Assembly: GCF_037042905.1 (NCBI RefSeq) | Contig: NC_087245.1 | Coordinates: forward strand, 1,178,001 to 1,242,000 | Length of the DNA stretch: 64,000 nt | Reading direction: 5' to 3' | Origin: Lytechinus pictus | Lineage: Eukaryota | In this document: one piece after another, positions 1-13,299 of the stretch | How positions within the stretch are numbered: the first letter of the stretch is position 1 | Layout of the letters: each line of letters starts with the position of its first letter | Program-made: the position numbers and the translations under genes | Notes under the pieces: generated by a model | Database searches by the model: none | Told to the model about the DNA's origin: nothing | The model's input: the letters and a program-made list of their open reading frames with translations, nothing else

Positions 1-2021
1 AATGAATGTAATTGTAATCTACGAGAGAAATATTGTCTAAAAACATGTTTTCTGGCGAAACATATCATTTCCTTTTTCATGCATGAGATTAATGCTGTAT
101 TGTAAAATTCAAAATGGCCCATATGGGCCCTTACAGTATTATCTACAATGTAAATGGGGACAAATACTTTTGAAAGAATTAGGATTTGCCTAGGCTGACT
201 ATGAAATCCATATAATTCTGTTGTATAAGGAAAATATTGTTTGAAAACGTGATTTTTATAATGAAATATAACATTTCCTTTCCCATGAAGGTGATAAATA
301 CTGTATTTTGACTTTCAAAACGGCCGCACAAGCCCCTACAAATTCTGTAACATGCGTATAGGGAAACTAATCATCACCAGAATGAGAACCAAAAACGCAC
401 GTAACTATGTGATGTACAGGTAAAATTTGGTCTTGAACATGATTTCTGACTAAATACATCACATAATGGTTGAGAAGGTAATAAAGGCCTTACTTTGAAA
501 TTCAAAATTGCTGCCATAGCCCAAGTAGTACATGTAGTATGTACATTGTAACTGGGGACAGATAATTTTGACAAAATTTTTACCATGAAAATGGCTTAAT
601 TTTGATGAAAGTGTTAAGTATTGTCTAAACCCAATGATTTCTAACGAAATATATCATAGCTTGTGTCATAAAGGTGATGAATACAGCCTTTTAAAAATGA
701 AAAATGGCCGCCATAGTCCCTTATCTTAATATGTAAAATTTGAATGGGGAAAGATAATTTCCACAAAAAAACATATTGCAGCCATTTTGAAATTTAAATA
801 TAGCATTTATCACCTAAATAACATAAGAAATGATCTATTTGGTTAGAAATCATATTTTCAGACGATATTTCACTCATACATGCAACACAATTTAGTCAAG
901 CAAAGCCAAATTCTGTTAAAATTATATGTTCCCATTCACAAAGTACATAATAGGCCTACCGTTAGGGCCTGTAGCGGCCATTTTGACTTTCAAAATACAT
1001 TATTTATCACCTACCTGGCAGAATGAATGATATATCTTGTTAGAAATTATGTTTTCAGACAATATTTTACTCTTAAATCACAATTATATGCATGTTATGG
1101 TGCTGACTCCTGTGAAAATTGGTTTCCCAGATCGATTGTACATAATACAGTCAATGTCTTTTGGCGGCCATTTTGAAAGTCAAAATACAATATTTAACGC
1201 AAATATGAAACCCGAATAATATATTTCGTTGCAAATTATATTTGAAGACGGTATTCCACTAATTTACCACGAAAAATACGTTTTAGTGCTCACCTTGTGA
1301 TTGTTTTTGTCCTCTCTCACATCGTAGATCATAATTTTAGGGCCATTGGCGGCCATATTAAATATCAAAATACAGGGTTTATCACATACATGGCATGTTA
1401 AATAATAAATTACGTTAACAATACTGTTTTTAGTCAGTATTCCACTCGTTTATCTTAACAAAATGCATTTTAGTGCTCACTCTTGTGATTTTTTTGTGTC
1501 ACCATTCACATTGTACATAATAGCATTAGGGCTTTTGGAGGCCATTTTGAATATCAAAATACAGGATTTATCACATAACTGACATAACAAATGATATGTA
1601 TCGTTAGCAATCATGTTTTCAGACATTGCTTCACTCATAGATCATAATTACTTGCATTTCAGTGCTCAATTTTGTAAAAAATTATTTTTCCCCATTCATA
1701 TTGTACAGGGGTCTATGATGACGGCCATTTTGATATCAAGAAAATAATATTTTGACAAAAATCATTTTTTCAGATATTATTTCACTCCGGCAGCACAATT
1801 GCATGTACTTTATAGCCAATGTGTGGACAATTTTATGATTTTCATGGGTAATTTGAATATTTTGGCGGCCATATTGGATTTTGCCAATTTGCAGAAAATG
1901 CTCAAGGTTACACGAGTGGCATCATTCAGATTCAGAATCAGCACCCTCGAATTGACAAGAAACCATCAAAAAACATTGTATATATAAAAAAACAAGGTTC
2001 GACCCCTTCTATCCTGGACTA
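1..2021. repeat. Degenerate ~180-bp tandem units arranged as two inverted arrays, probably the interior and end of a DNA transposon
   Basis: aaaatggccgcc-type motif recurs at ~110, 315, 505, 700; its reverse ggcggccattttg recurs at ~780, 975, 1165, 1350, 1540, 1722, 1865; ends at ...ctatcctggactaa. Confidence 0.7.
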
Positions 2022-2528
2022 AATCATAAATTAATTGAAGTCTCAAGACCATTTGATTTCTCACTTTCTATTCATTCAAGATGTTTCAGATAAAACTAAT
2101 ATTTGAAGATCATTAATCCTGATTTTTACTCCTTTATTTTGAAGTGGTATTAATCGAAACCAATTGAGAATATGCTAAGTGAACGAATGAGGTGCAAGAT
2201 TTGGAATCTAGTTTGCATACATTTTCTGTTTTACTCTTTTCACATTGACACGAACTGGTACGACAGGTTAACACATAGTTTGCCCATAGTTTGCCCATAG
2301 TTTGCTCATAGTTCACGCACTTTCCGCATTGGCACGACGAGTTTGTGCTGACTTGGGCATGCCATATAAACAGGGGGCCTCCCCAACCCCTTGTCATTTT
2401 TGGATTGGCTGTGGAAGAGACACAATCATTGCAGGGAAGTGAAGATGCCTATACCTGGCAGCTGCTCTAGCCATTGTTGAAGAGCAGCAGAAAAAGCTGG
2501 AAGAGGCAGAAAAGGCAACCCCACCTTT

Positions 2529-3762
2529 CAGAGCTTCCAAGTCTCCCGGATCCTGCGGGAGAATACTGGATTGCGATCCAATCTCCCGTTCTCCCGACCC
2601 CATGCCAAAATCTCCCGGATGATCAGGATTTTTAGCTGTTAAATTGTAAAATTCATACAAACGACTGTTTAACGAGTCTAGCATGTTCAACTCCTTAACA
2701 CCCACGTGGAACCTCCTTATCACATTTTCATTTTACCCAGTAACTTCCACCAGTTTTTGTAGAATCGTACATTGATTTCCCATGTAAATGAACATAATTT
2801 TACTGAACGACTGGTGAAGTAGTCTAACAAGCCATTTTATTTCCGGGTTCTGCAATGTGTGTGATGAAAACTCTTCAGCGGTACTCCATGCACATGGCCC
2901 CCGATGCGCCCCGGCGCGGCTCCAGCCGGCCGCGCTGCGCCAGGAAGCTCCGAGAATTAAAGTTCACGAGCACTGCGAGGCATTTTTCGTAAGCTTGCGT
3001 GCGCCTTATTTGAGCTGAAACTGTGGATCAACGATGGGATTAAAAAGTGGATTACTTTTACACCTCGACTTTCAATTTCAGGAATAATTTTATTGACAAT
3101 CCTGAAGAATTAGAAGCAAAGTGGAGATTTTTTCGCCTACTTTCACTTGGGTTGATCGGATTCGAACATCTTCTCTTTCGTGAGTGAGCTAGCCTGGCGC
3201 TGGCTGGCTGGCTGAGCTGTGCGAAGCACGCCCCGTCCCGATTCATCCACACTACAATCGCATCGCCAGTGACCATGGAGATCATGGAGATGGAGTCATC
3301 CAAGACCAAGACGACAAAATACTTGTCGAAGTATAAAGATAATTTTCAAGCAGAATGGGACTGTGTGACAATTTTCACAGGAATCCCTCAGAGACTTTAA
3401 ACAGTCCACATATAAAGCTCATTTACCATGTTTACCACTTCTGCAGCCCCTCCCCTCTGGCCAATTAAAGGTATTTTCATGTTGAATGCATTCTTGTATG
3501 AATTATTTAAAAAATCTGCTGTATTGCCTGAAGTGTATATTTAGTCAATGACAATTCATGAATTCTCTCTAATGTGCTTTTAATCTATCAGAATTTTTTT
3601 TGATGGTTTAGACAGCTGTCGGTTACTAATATCAAATGTTGTTTCTTAATGTGTTTTGCTACCCAAAACTCCCATCCGTGGGACAACGTTCCGCCGCTCC
3701 CTCACAAAATCATACCTCCGCGAAATCTACTGGATTCTATCATCTCAATGTTGGCAGCTCTG
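2529..3762 (+). mobile_element. hAT-like internally deleted element
   Basis: TIR-like ends cagagcttccaa / ttggcagctctg; subterminal tctcccg repeats; short ORF MEIMEMESSKTKTTKYLSKYKDNFQAEW resembling a transposase N-terminus; no matching TSD. Confidence 0.55.
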
Positions 3763-3769
3763 AGTGAAC

Positions 3770-4612
3770 TGCTCATGAAGTACAGTATGGGTAGAATGAT
3801 GCTTCCGAAAGCCACTCTGCTCCTTTAATAATATGTTATTTTCAGTACCAAAATCGTGGAGTTGTGTATGACTTTCGAACACTTTCATGACTATAGGTAA
3901 GACTGATATTGGCCTGGCTCCACCTTTGTGTAAGGCAGTTACTTTGGCTTCTTTCCATTCATTGGGTATACAACCAGATTAAATTGAGTTGTTATATAAT
4001 CTTGTCAGATGAACGTAAATGACTAGTGCAGCAGATTTCAGGAGTTTGACATTCAACCCATCGCTTCTGGTCGCCTTTTTCGTATCAAGCTTTTTCAGAA
4101 TGTTTAGAAGAACATCAGGTTCTATCATGTCAAATTGGAAGACTTTTTTACCCTGGGAAACACTGGTCAAACAACTCAAGGTATCATTTTCATTAGCATG
4201 ATCAAATGAAGTATTTGCACCAAAAGAACTAAATATTTTATTCAACTCATTTGCTATTTGCTTAGGTTCACACAATTCGTTTCCATTAATATTGAGAATA
4301 TTTGTAGTTTGTCTAGGTCTACCTCCTGTTAGCCACTTTAAAATCTGCCAAAGTTGAGCAGAGTTATTCTTATTCTCCAAAATACCCCTTTTTCAACGTT
4401 TCCTTAAAGATATTTACATGATTCCTACAAGTACGATAATGCATCCAATGTATGGGTAATCAGGAATGCTGTGCAAGACGTTTTAACTTATCTCGTTGGT
4501 AAGATAGAGTTATATATTCATAATTAACCCATGGTGTTTTCACACCCCTAACATTCATAGTAACAACTGGGGCATTAGAATTACAAATTTGCATGAAATC
4601 ATGTTTCCAGCT
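3770..4612 (-). pseudogene. Fragment of CR1/L2-group LINE ORF2 (pre-RT/RT start)
   Basis: KKATRSDGLNVKLLK...YNNSI*SGCIPNEWKEAKVTALHKGG...RPISVLPIVMKVFE...QSGFRKHHST. Confidence 0.85.
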
Positions 4613-5239
4613 GTGGGGGTAATTATGGTGTTCTTTTTCTTTCTTTTTTTATTACAGATTATACATAACACATACACATAGAGTAACATATATGCTCTTT
4701 ATCTTTTATTTTTTTCCTTTTCTTGTTACTTCCTCTTTCCTTTTATTCTTTGCTTATCTTTTCTTTCCTTTATTCTTTTCCTTTTCTTTTAATCTTTTTT
4801 TTCTTCATTCTTTTATTTTACTTTGTTCTTTTTCTTTTTCTTTTTTTCTTCTCTTTTCCTTTTATTTTGATGTTGCCCACATGAATAGATGTTAAATCGA
4901 GCCCTGCCATGGTATTTTCAAATGTAACTAAGTAGGCGTTGGTTGATGCATTAAGGCTCAACTCGGGACGACTGGTGTGTTCTTCAAAGAATACATGTAT
5001 TTGTAAGTCATTGTATGTTAATCCATCTCCCCCCTGTCGCTTTCAGTTGAGGAGATTCCTGATAATTCAAAATGAAAATTATAAAACCACTTTGTATAAT
5101 CAGTTATTCGGCACAGTCATCTTCATTATCTTCACAAATTAATCATCAACATTAATGTCTTTGTCTTTATCAGCAGATCAAGCAGTTTATGTTCCACTAT
5201 ACTAGCATTGATTGTACAGATGGCATGCATACCAGGTAG

Positions 5240-6430
5240 GGTACCATGGCTGTTGGTGTACAAATACATCAAGGTCACTTGTGCCTCCCATGTTGGATGA
5301 AGGCTTTCTTGGTTCCCCTAACAAAACCATCAAAGAATATTCTTGACCTGATGCCAGACCATCTTAATTGGGTTGAGGTCAACACTCTTTGCAGGAGTCT
5401 TCAATGTATATATTTTTTTCTCCTCAAACCAGTGTTTGGCAAGTTTCAAGCATGCTTTTTGTTTCAATTCAATTCATTTATTTCCTGTTTCAATCTTTTT
5501 TTTTTATTTACAATGATAGTTCAATATACATATTTACAAAATATAACATTTAAATCAATTTTTATAGTATAATAATACCATGAAATCGAAAGGGAAGGAG
5601 ACCAACTAAAAGCAGAGCATGTAGGGTGAAGGCCCCCTTTTATGAGTACATTTTATGAATTAAAAATAAGATAAAATAAAGAAATAAACAAAACAAAATA
5701 TATAATAAATCAAAATTAAATGAACAAAAATTGAAATTAAATGAAAATTATTTTGCTGTAGCTGATGGTAATCTGGTAAAATGACTAGGATGAAGGGAAG
5801 CAATGTATCTGTCAGTATTTCTTTAACGTAGAACTCAGAGTCTATTATTCTGTCAAATATCATAATGCCTCTAGGGCTCTACCTAGACTAGATACATGTA
5901 TGCTTGCCCACATGTGCAGCTTTCCAGGATGTTTTGGTTTGGGCTTTATGGGAGGATCACAGTTGCCTTTGGTCAAACATTAACTCCTGTATGTGTTCAA
6001 CTCATAGTCAATTCATGTAAAGTCATGAAAAAACTCCTTACATTGCAAACCTTAGTTGGACCTTTCCTCTGATGTATCATGTGCCGATCTATGCTAGTCT
6101 ACGTGGTTGTTGGCTACATCTTTATTTAATTATTTACATTATTTACCATTTTGGCTTTTTAAACAATATATCACATTGTTTTATTGCACGATAAACATTT
6201 CTCAACGTAACGACTTGATTATGTTTCATAGTATACCGAGAGTATACCGCATAAAGAAGTGGAAATGCAGAGTCAGTACTTGGTCCTATCGCCCCTCTGA
6301 GTGATGGATGATCTTACACATGATAGACATTGTCCAGGTGGTGCTTGATCCTCTCTGAAGTCAGCTTGGTCACCCAGTAGTCTTCAATCCCTTCGATAAG
6401 CTGTTCCTGCATCCTTGGCTTGACATGCTG
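5240..6430 (-). pseudogene. Tc1-like DDE transposase relics
   Basis: KPKPKHPGKLHMWASI (~5950-5900), IFDRIIDSEFYVKEILTDTLLPFI...HQLQQNN (5863-5750), KTPAKSVDLNPIKMVWHQVK (~5400-5335), separate C-terminal piece KPRMQEQLIEGIEDYW (~6430-6290). Confidence 0.75.
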
Positions 6431-7011
6431 AATTTAAGAGTATACATGTATAACAGTATTTTAGCTCTATCACATATTTTGATAAATATATCCTCTTTTT
6501 TATTCATACACCATTTAAAAAAAATTATTTGTTTACTTTTTTCTTCTCTTTTTTTTCTATTACTTTAGTGTCACATTGTTTCTATATTTTATGAAATTGT
6601 GTTCATGAATAATCAGTTTGAATGTAATGAATCAATATTTTTTTGGTATCGACTCATTTCACTTATGAATTATATCCCAAATGTATATATATAGGTATTA
6701 GTGCAAATGATGATCATTTCCTGGGGCTTTCTTTTTGTTCTTTTTTTCTTCTCAGTGATAACACTGATATCGCAAGCCATCATTAAAATCATGCATTCCC
6801 TTAGTTGGTTTTGATGACGTAAATGCTTACGTAATGATCGGTAAAAACTAATTTATCATATGAAGCCTAGTAATGGTCCTCTGGTACTGATATGTCTGTT
6901 AGCATTTTCCTTATGGAGGATATTAAAGACAATAACTTCTGTTATATTATTTCATGGAGCTTGGTTGATTGTTCTATCTGTCAAGTAACTAAGTCTCCAT
7001 CTTTTTTGCCT

Positions 7012-7167
7012 GGGCCCGTTGCAAAAAAGTCATTGTTATTGTAACTTTGCCATCCAATGGTAACTACCATGGTAACGGTGTTCAACAGCCAATCAAAATC
7101 AAGGAGTCCATGGAAGTTACCATTGCATGACAAAGTTGACATAATAGTAACTTGTGCAACAGGGCCC
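7012..7167. mobile_element. Short Harbinger-like MITE
   Basis: gggcccgttgcaaaaaagt / aacttgtgcaacagggccc. Confidence 0.65.
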
Positions 7168-7504
7168 TGACCCTATTAGAGATAAGATAGGGGAAGAGAG
7201 ATTTGAAGAGAAAGGGTGAGAAGAGAGACCAATGTGAGATAGAGAGATAATGTGAATATAAGTGCAATAAGAGAGAGACAGGTAGAATGGGTCGAGAGTG
7301 GGATTAGAATGTACTGTCGATTCCCTCTTGTTTCTCACAGCCAGAGCCTATCTGGATGTTTCGTACACGTTCTCTAAGATTTTCTCTCACCATCCTCGAC
7401 CTATTCCCCCAGGATTAAACTCGCAAGTGTTTGGGGGTCCATTCTCAATTCTATCCACCTATCTTTTCCCCAGTCAGTCTGCAGTCCAAAGTTTTCAATC
7501 TATA

Positions 7505-9409
7505 CACAACAAAAAAAGTAAGTCCCCCTAATTCAAAATGCTGTAACTCTTGAACGGAAAAATTTTGAGATATTATATATTTCGTAGGTGGTCTTTTACA
7601 CTCATTATGCAACTCCTGGGGGAAAATGAGATTGATCGGTTGAGTCATGCATGAGTAATTAAAGATTGAATTAAAAATGACAATTTTTTAAAGTCACAAG
7701 ATTCGTTTTTCAGATTGTGTAAATACAAAGTTGGGCAAAGGTTGTTTTTTTGTGAAGTTATGGTGTTAACGTCGTTTTACTATCCATCATTTAGCCACTC
7801 CACACAAAATGTTGATAACGTATGTTCATGGTTGAGTGAGCACATTGTTTTGTGATGTATCATCGCGTCATCATTTATGGTAGTACCCTCTGTAACTTGT
7901 TAAAACATGTTAAAATTGGAAAATGTTAGTGGCTCCCCTCCCCCAATTTCTCGGCACCTCCCCACTTTCAAATTCTGGATCCACCACTGATTTGTCCATA
8001 ATGCAACTGATCCTGGGAAATTGTTAGGAAAAGAATACATTTATGCAGTAAAAAGAGTATTAATTCCTAAGTTTTCGAGTGTGCTCGCTCAACCATGACA
8101 GTGTAAAAAGTTCGGAAAGTGTGTGGTGATAAAAATGATGGATGATAAAAACACCAATTAAGTTCCACTTGAAACCGAATTTGCCCCCATTATTCACTTT
8201 ATAACCCCTGAAATGAGTCTATGACATTGAAAATGCCCCTTTTTCCCCTTTGTGTCGTGCTCACTCATCCATAAATGAACAAATCGATTTCATATTTGCA
8301 TAGAATTTTGCCCATAGGTTGATAAACATTACTGCCGAATGATACTGCTAAAGACAGCTTTGAAAAAAAGTTCCACCATATTGAATAATGGTTACTTATT
8401 CTCAAACATATGCACCCATAGTGTACGTAGTGTCTATGAGAGAGGAAGTCGAAATTTTAACAAAAGTGAAATAAGGGTTTGTTTCATAGACGGTTTTTGT
8501 TACCTCTGCCAATTGTTTTCTCATGAAACTTCGCACATGGCTTCAGAGTGATTTTATCCAAAGGTCTCGCACTCTCGAATAACCATTCGATACGGTACAG
8601 AGTGGGGCCAAGGCCTTGAACTTTCTTCTCATTTGCATAATTTTTAAATATGTGCTCACTGAAGCATTAAATATCGGGATTTTCATAAAAATCCAATCAA
8701 ATTAACTATGCAAGGTTAGTGACATATCCATAGTTAGCAATTGCATTTTTCCAATAACGTAAAAAAGAGCTAATCACATTCCACATGTTCATTCAAGCGT
8801 GAATATTTAATTAAATGCCTTTGAATCATTGAAGCATGTTAATTGGTCATGAACATAACGAAAAAGGTTGAGAAAAGACAATTTCAGTTACCAAATTGAA
8901 ACATTACTTCCAATGATATTTGAAAATCGTATTTTTTGTTTTCATTAAATATTCATTGAGCTGTGGAATGATGAATATTGTTGAAGATACTCTTCCCAAA
9001 AAATGATTGTCATCATATTCGATCATTTTCATCGATAGAAATGTGTAAAAATTCCAGTAATAGCAAATTTTGACTGTGTTTATTCAACCGTGAAATTTAG
9101 CAAAAAAGTTGTATCGTCTTTTAGTAAGTACCTTTTACAAGCCTTCTGACTATTTTTCATGAGAATGTGGAATTCGTTCCAATAAACTGGAATCAAAGTC
9201 ATGATATTTTGCTTGTGACTTTTCAAAAGTGACAATTTTGCATTCTGCCGGTGCTCACCGAAGCATGACATAAAATACGTCCGTAACATTCACTAAGAGG
9301 GTAGCTTATAAAATTACCTACACGCTCATTTAAAAAACATATTAAAAACTCCCAGTGGTTCGGAAATTATGGATGTTTGTTTAAGGGGGGACTTACTTTT
9401 TTTGTTGTG
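7505..9409. mobile_element. Non-autonomous TA-flanked DNA transposon (Tc1/mariner-like), copy A
   Basis: TIRs cacaacaaaaaaagtaagtccccc / gggggacttactttttttgttgtg; TA flanks; second copy at 57901-59469. Confidence 0.85.
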
Positions 9410-9959
9410 TATATTTTGTCCCCATTGACTGGGACAGTCAGATTTACCTTGTACTCACAGCGATGACCCTTTCCCTTCCCTCTACTTTGCATGATTATGT
9501 GCATCTTTTATCCTCAACCCAGTCCTCCAACTCTCTTCCACTTTGCTTCTGGCCTGTCTTCTTTGTTCGTCCTCTCACCATCTACTCAAAAGCTTTTCTC
9601 ACACAACTTTCTTATAACCCTTATTTATACTCGTACACTACATACATATTTCCTTGTTGTCCCTTGACAGACTCTCCAATCCCCAACAACACAAATAGAA
9701 AGTTCCTAAATCCAAACGATGTACCAGAAAAATATTTGGTCAATCTTCCTATACTATTGTATATCAGATTAGGTTTGACCACACATTTAAGATAAAATGG
9801 ATTAAAAATAAATTCCTGTCATTTTTTAAATATTGTCATTTTTGTTCTCGTGAATGTTCAAGCACCGTTTATCATTAATACACAAATGAAGTTAAACCTT
9901 CATATATCAGCACTGTACCATAACACACAATGCATTGCTCAGAGACTCATATTTGTGTA

Positions 9960-11190
9960 AAACTTTTAGTTTTTATTGCTGGAAAACAGCAGGATGGTGC
10001 CAAAATTTTCTTTTGGTAAAACATTTTTCAGTCAAAATAATAATAATCAAACCACAAGTATTGAAGGAAAAAGAAATTGTACACAGAGGGCAGTTTATAC
10101 TTGATTCATACTAGACATATTTTGCATTCTTTTACATGAAGAAGACATATTGCTTAGACTGCAGTATCATTGCAATTAAGGTATCAGCAATATACGGAAA
10201 TCATTACTTTCCTGTGGTTTTGTATGGCAATTAGATCCAAAATAACGATGAGATACAGAAAAACTTGATGATAAAGCTATGTGTTACTGCATATTTGAAA
10301 CAGGACAGGTTTTTATTTAGGTTAAAAAGAAATTCACATTCCACATGATTTTATCATTTGGTCAAGAAAAATAGCATGGAGAAAATACATTACACAAATG
10401 GCACAGAGCAATGTCCGCTGGACGAATCTGAATTTTCTTACATAAGACAGGCACAACTTTTGACTTATCAAATCAAAACATAAATAATATTACCTGGAAA
10501 ACACTCCACCTTGAACATGGTGCGTGGTTTGAGAAACAATCAACATAAACAGACTACAGAAGCAGGGTAAAAAGAGATCTAAAATGGTAAGTACTTATTA
10601 GTCATATTACCCATAGCTTCATTATACCAAGCATCAATGTTCCTGTACAGACCATAATGTAACAATTATTATTACAAAGTTCAATTAATTATAAAATGTG
10701 TAAATCCACGCAAATTGACAGTAAAGTTTGCAAAAACTGCAAAAATGTTGTATACTACAATAGCTCTAGTCTATGACAAAATCTCGTATCCTTCAATTTA
10801 AGTTTAGTGGCATCCTCCTTTTATTGTTCATAAAACTATGAATAAGAAACATGTTTTTTTTTTGTATTCTACATTTCTATCTACATGAAACAGAAATTCT
10901 TTAATACTATCCTCCGTGAAATGTCCAAAAGCGGAAGCTACAAAAAAATGCTGAGCCCTTCACCAGTAATTTAATAAAGATAAACTATGCTTAGATTCAC
11001 TAATAAATTTAGTGATTTTCAAAAATTTACAAAAACAGTATATTTTAGTTGTAATGACAGAACCTTTGTATTTCAAATTCCCATTGAACGAACAACGAGG
11101 TAAATTATGGTTCCAATCAAATTGCATCATTCTCCTCATGTTTCTTGGTCGTAACATATTGATGACCTTCTATTCATGAATGTGTGAAAC
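9960..11190 (-). other. RPN2: Probable RPN2 terminal (3'UTR) exon
   Basis: Strong acceptor ttcttccctccctgcag| at 11191 pairs with the donor at 13158; non-repetitive AT-rich sequence with minus-strand AATAAA at ~10819, ~10313 and 9972-9977; 3' end uncertain. Confidence 0.55.
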
Positions 11191-11868
11191 CTGCAGGGAG
11201 GGAAGAAAATCACAGAAAAAAAGTTAGTTTGTATGATACTTCTAGTTGCAGATTGTATGAGAATAAAATATTTCACCCTCACTGTACTACAGCAGAGGGG
11301 ACCTCAAGAGGCCATCCTAACGTTCCACGCAATATGTTCACAGAATAATAGACAGCATTTCACAAGGGTGGGTTTTTTTTCCTTTGATTCTTCACAAAAT
11401 CAAAATTCAGGCTTGTAGTTACAAATTTAAAAATCATTTCTTGTTCGCACTGAAGATGAAAGATAATTCTGAATCAGTGATTCATGCACATGTGCAATAC
11501 AATAGTACAGAAAGATGCCAGTGTCTCTATGGAGGTCAGCGCCAATCAGAACCTTACGCCACTCAAAATGTCCAACCTTGATACAATATTGCACCTTCCA
11601 GACAGGTCCTATTCCCCCACTGATACTGAAGATGATAAAAACCGACACCCCCCATCCTGATCCCCAATGGCAGAGTATTGGGTGATTTTTCCTCCCACCA
11701 CAAAAAAGTGACTTATTCCTTTTAGGCAACTTCCAAGCGGTTTGAGCTTTTTCGGCCAACATCTTTTCCGTACATTTTCCTTTATAATTTCCCAGTTGCT
11801 CAGTCAAGGATAGGGTGAAATATTAGAAGGTTGGAGATGCTGAGCACAGTACTTGCTGAGAGATATGG

Positions 11869-12869
11869 CAAGGCTCCACATTAACTTTTTTTGGTGGTGG
11901 CCCGTTCGGGCCACCAAAACCTTCAAATAATTTTTTTTGGTGGCCCGATATTAAAGTTTGGTGGCCCGAAAAATATAAAGAAAAACATTAAAAATGAATA
12001 AATGGGTATAAACGGTTTAACCACTGTAAAAAAAAATGAAAGAAAATAATAAAACGGCAAAAAAAGTGTGAGAAAATTCCTTCCCTAAATTTGCCAAAAT
12101 GTTGGAAAAATTCACATTTCATATTAATGAAATGCCTTCCCAAAGTATTTACTTTCTCAAGAGTTGTTTAAGAAGTCATTTATAAACAAGAAAGAAAGTA
12201 ACTGTCTGTTTATTTTTGGCTAGAAAAGACCGGAAAAGACACAGCTTCGAAAGAAACCAAGTAACAACATACATACAAATGCACATGTGGGACTGTAATG
12301 TACTCACCTATGTGTTTTTATGTGTATTATTTTCATTTGGAAATCGGTCTTTTTGAGTCAAAAGAGAGGTCATGATTCCTCTTTTTAATGCTTGCAAATA
12401 ATCAGGATACACCAGATATTAGCAAAAAGGTCTGTAGAAGGGCATTTCATTGGTGTAAAATGTGACTTTGACTTGGATTTTCACAGTTCTGTGGAAGATT
12501 TCTTAGCAGCAACATTTCGTATTGCAGCTCCCTGAGTCTGAATAGGCTGCTAACGCACAGCTGCTTCAAGCATGCAAAGCTCACGCCAGCCGGCGCGGCC
12601 GGCTGGATAAAAGCTACTTAATGCTATAGCGGTAGGCCAACTTTGTGTGTGTGTTTGTGTGTAGATCAACAAAAAGGGCGCATGACGAACTGGCTTGCAA
12701 TTTGAACTGTAGAAAGTTGATAAATGCGTGCAAAATGGGGAGAAAAATTGCGCTATTCTGAAAATTATTGGTTGCCCGATTCGGGCCACCAAAACTTAAT
12801 ATTTTTTCAATAATGGTTGCCCGAGGTGAATTTCTGGTGGCCCCGGGCCACCGCTAATGTCGAGCCTTG
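11869..12869. mobile_element. P-element-like MITE
   Basis: TIRs caaggctccacatta / taatgtcgagccttg; 7-bp TSD gatatgg; subterminal gtggccc/gggccac repeats. Confidence 0.78.
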
Positions 12870-13162
12870 GATATGGGCAACAATAGTCATAACCTTAATT
12901 TGTTGTGTCCATACAAGAACACCCTTAACACCACACTTTCACGCATCAAGCCTGCATAAGAACATTGCATAATGGTGTTTCTGCACCGATGGGTGCACAA
13001 AAATGTTTTGCTAATGGTTTTCTTGCACCAAAATGACGAAATTACAATACCAAATGTGAGTGAAATAGTAGCAATGGGGCAGAAGCCGGTGAAAACCACT
13101 GTAAAGAATGGCTATTAAACAATGATAAAATGGAAGGGTATCGGATAGTTTTACTCACTATG

Positions 13163-13299
13163 TTACTTTTTTTGCTTTGCGATGCCACTGAGAAGACGGT
13201 TACCAAAGAAGAATGTGATGCCCCCCAAGACAGTCAGATACTGAAGGGTAGCAAACATGTTGAGATGGGTCCAATAGCAGTAGTACAAAGCAAAGATAC
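13163..13299 (-). CDS. RPN2: RPN2 exon 15 (last TM segments, stop)
   Basis: atatag|GT ATC TTT...AAA AAG TAA; IFALYYCYWTHLNMFATLQYLTVLGGITFFFGNRLLSGIAKQKK*; donor ATA|gtgagt 4 nt after the stop. Confidence 0.9.

Noticed and set aside
4630..4895. Phe-rich hydrophobic ORF
   Set aside because: Low-complexity T/C tract
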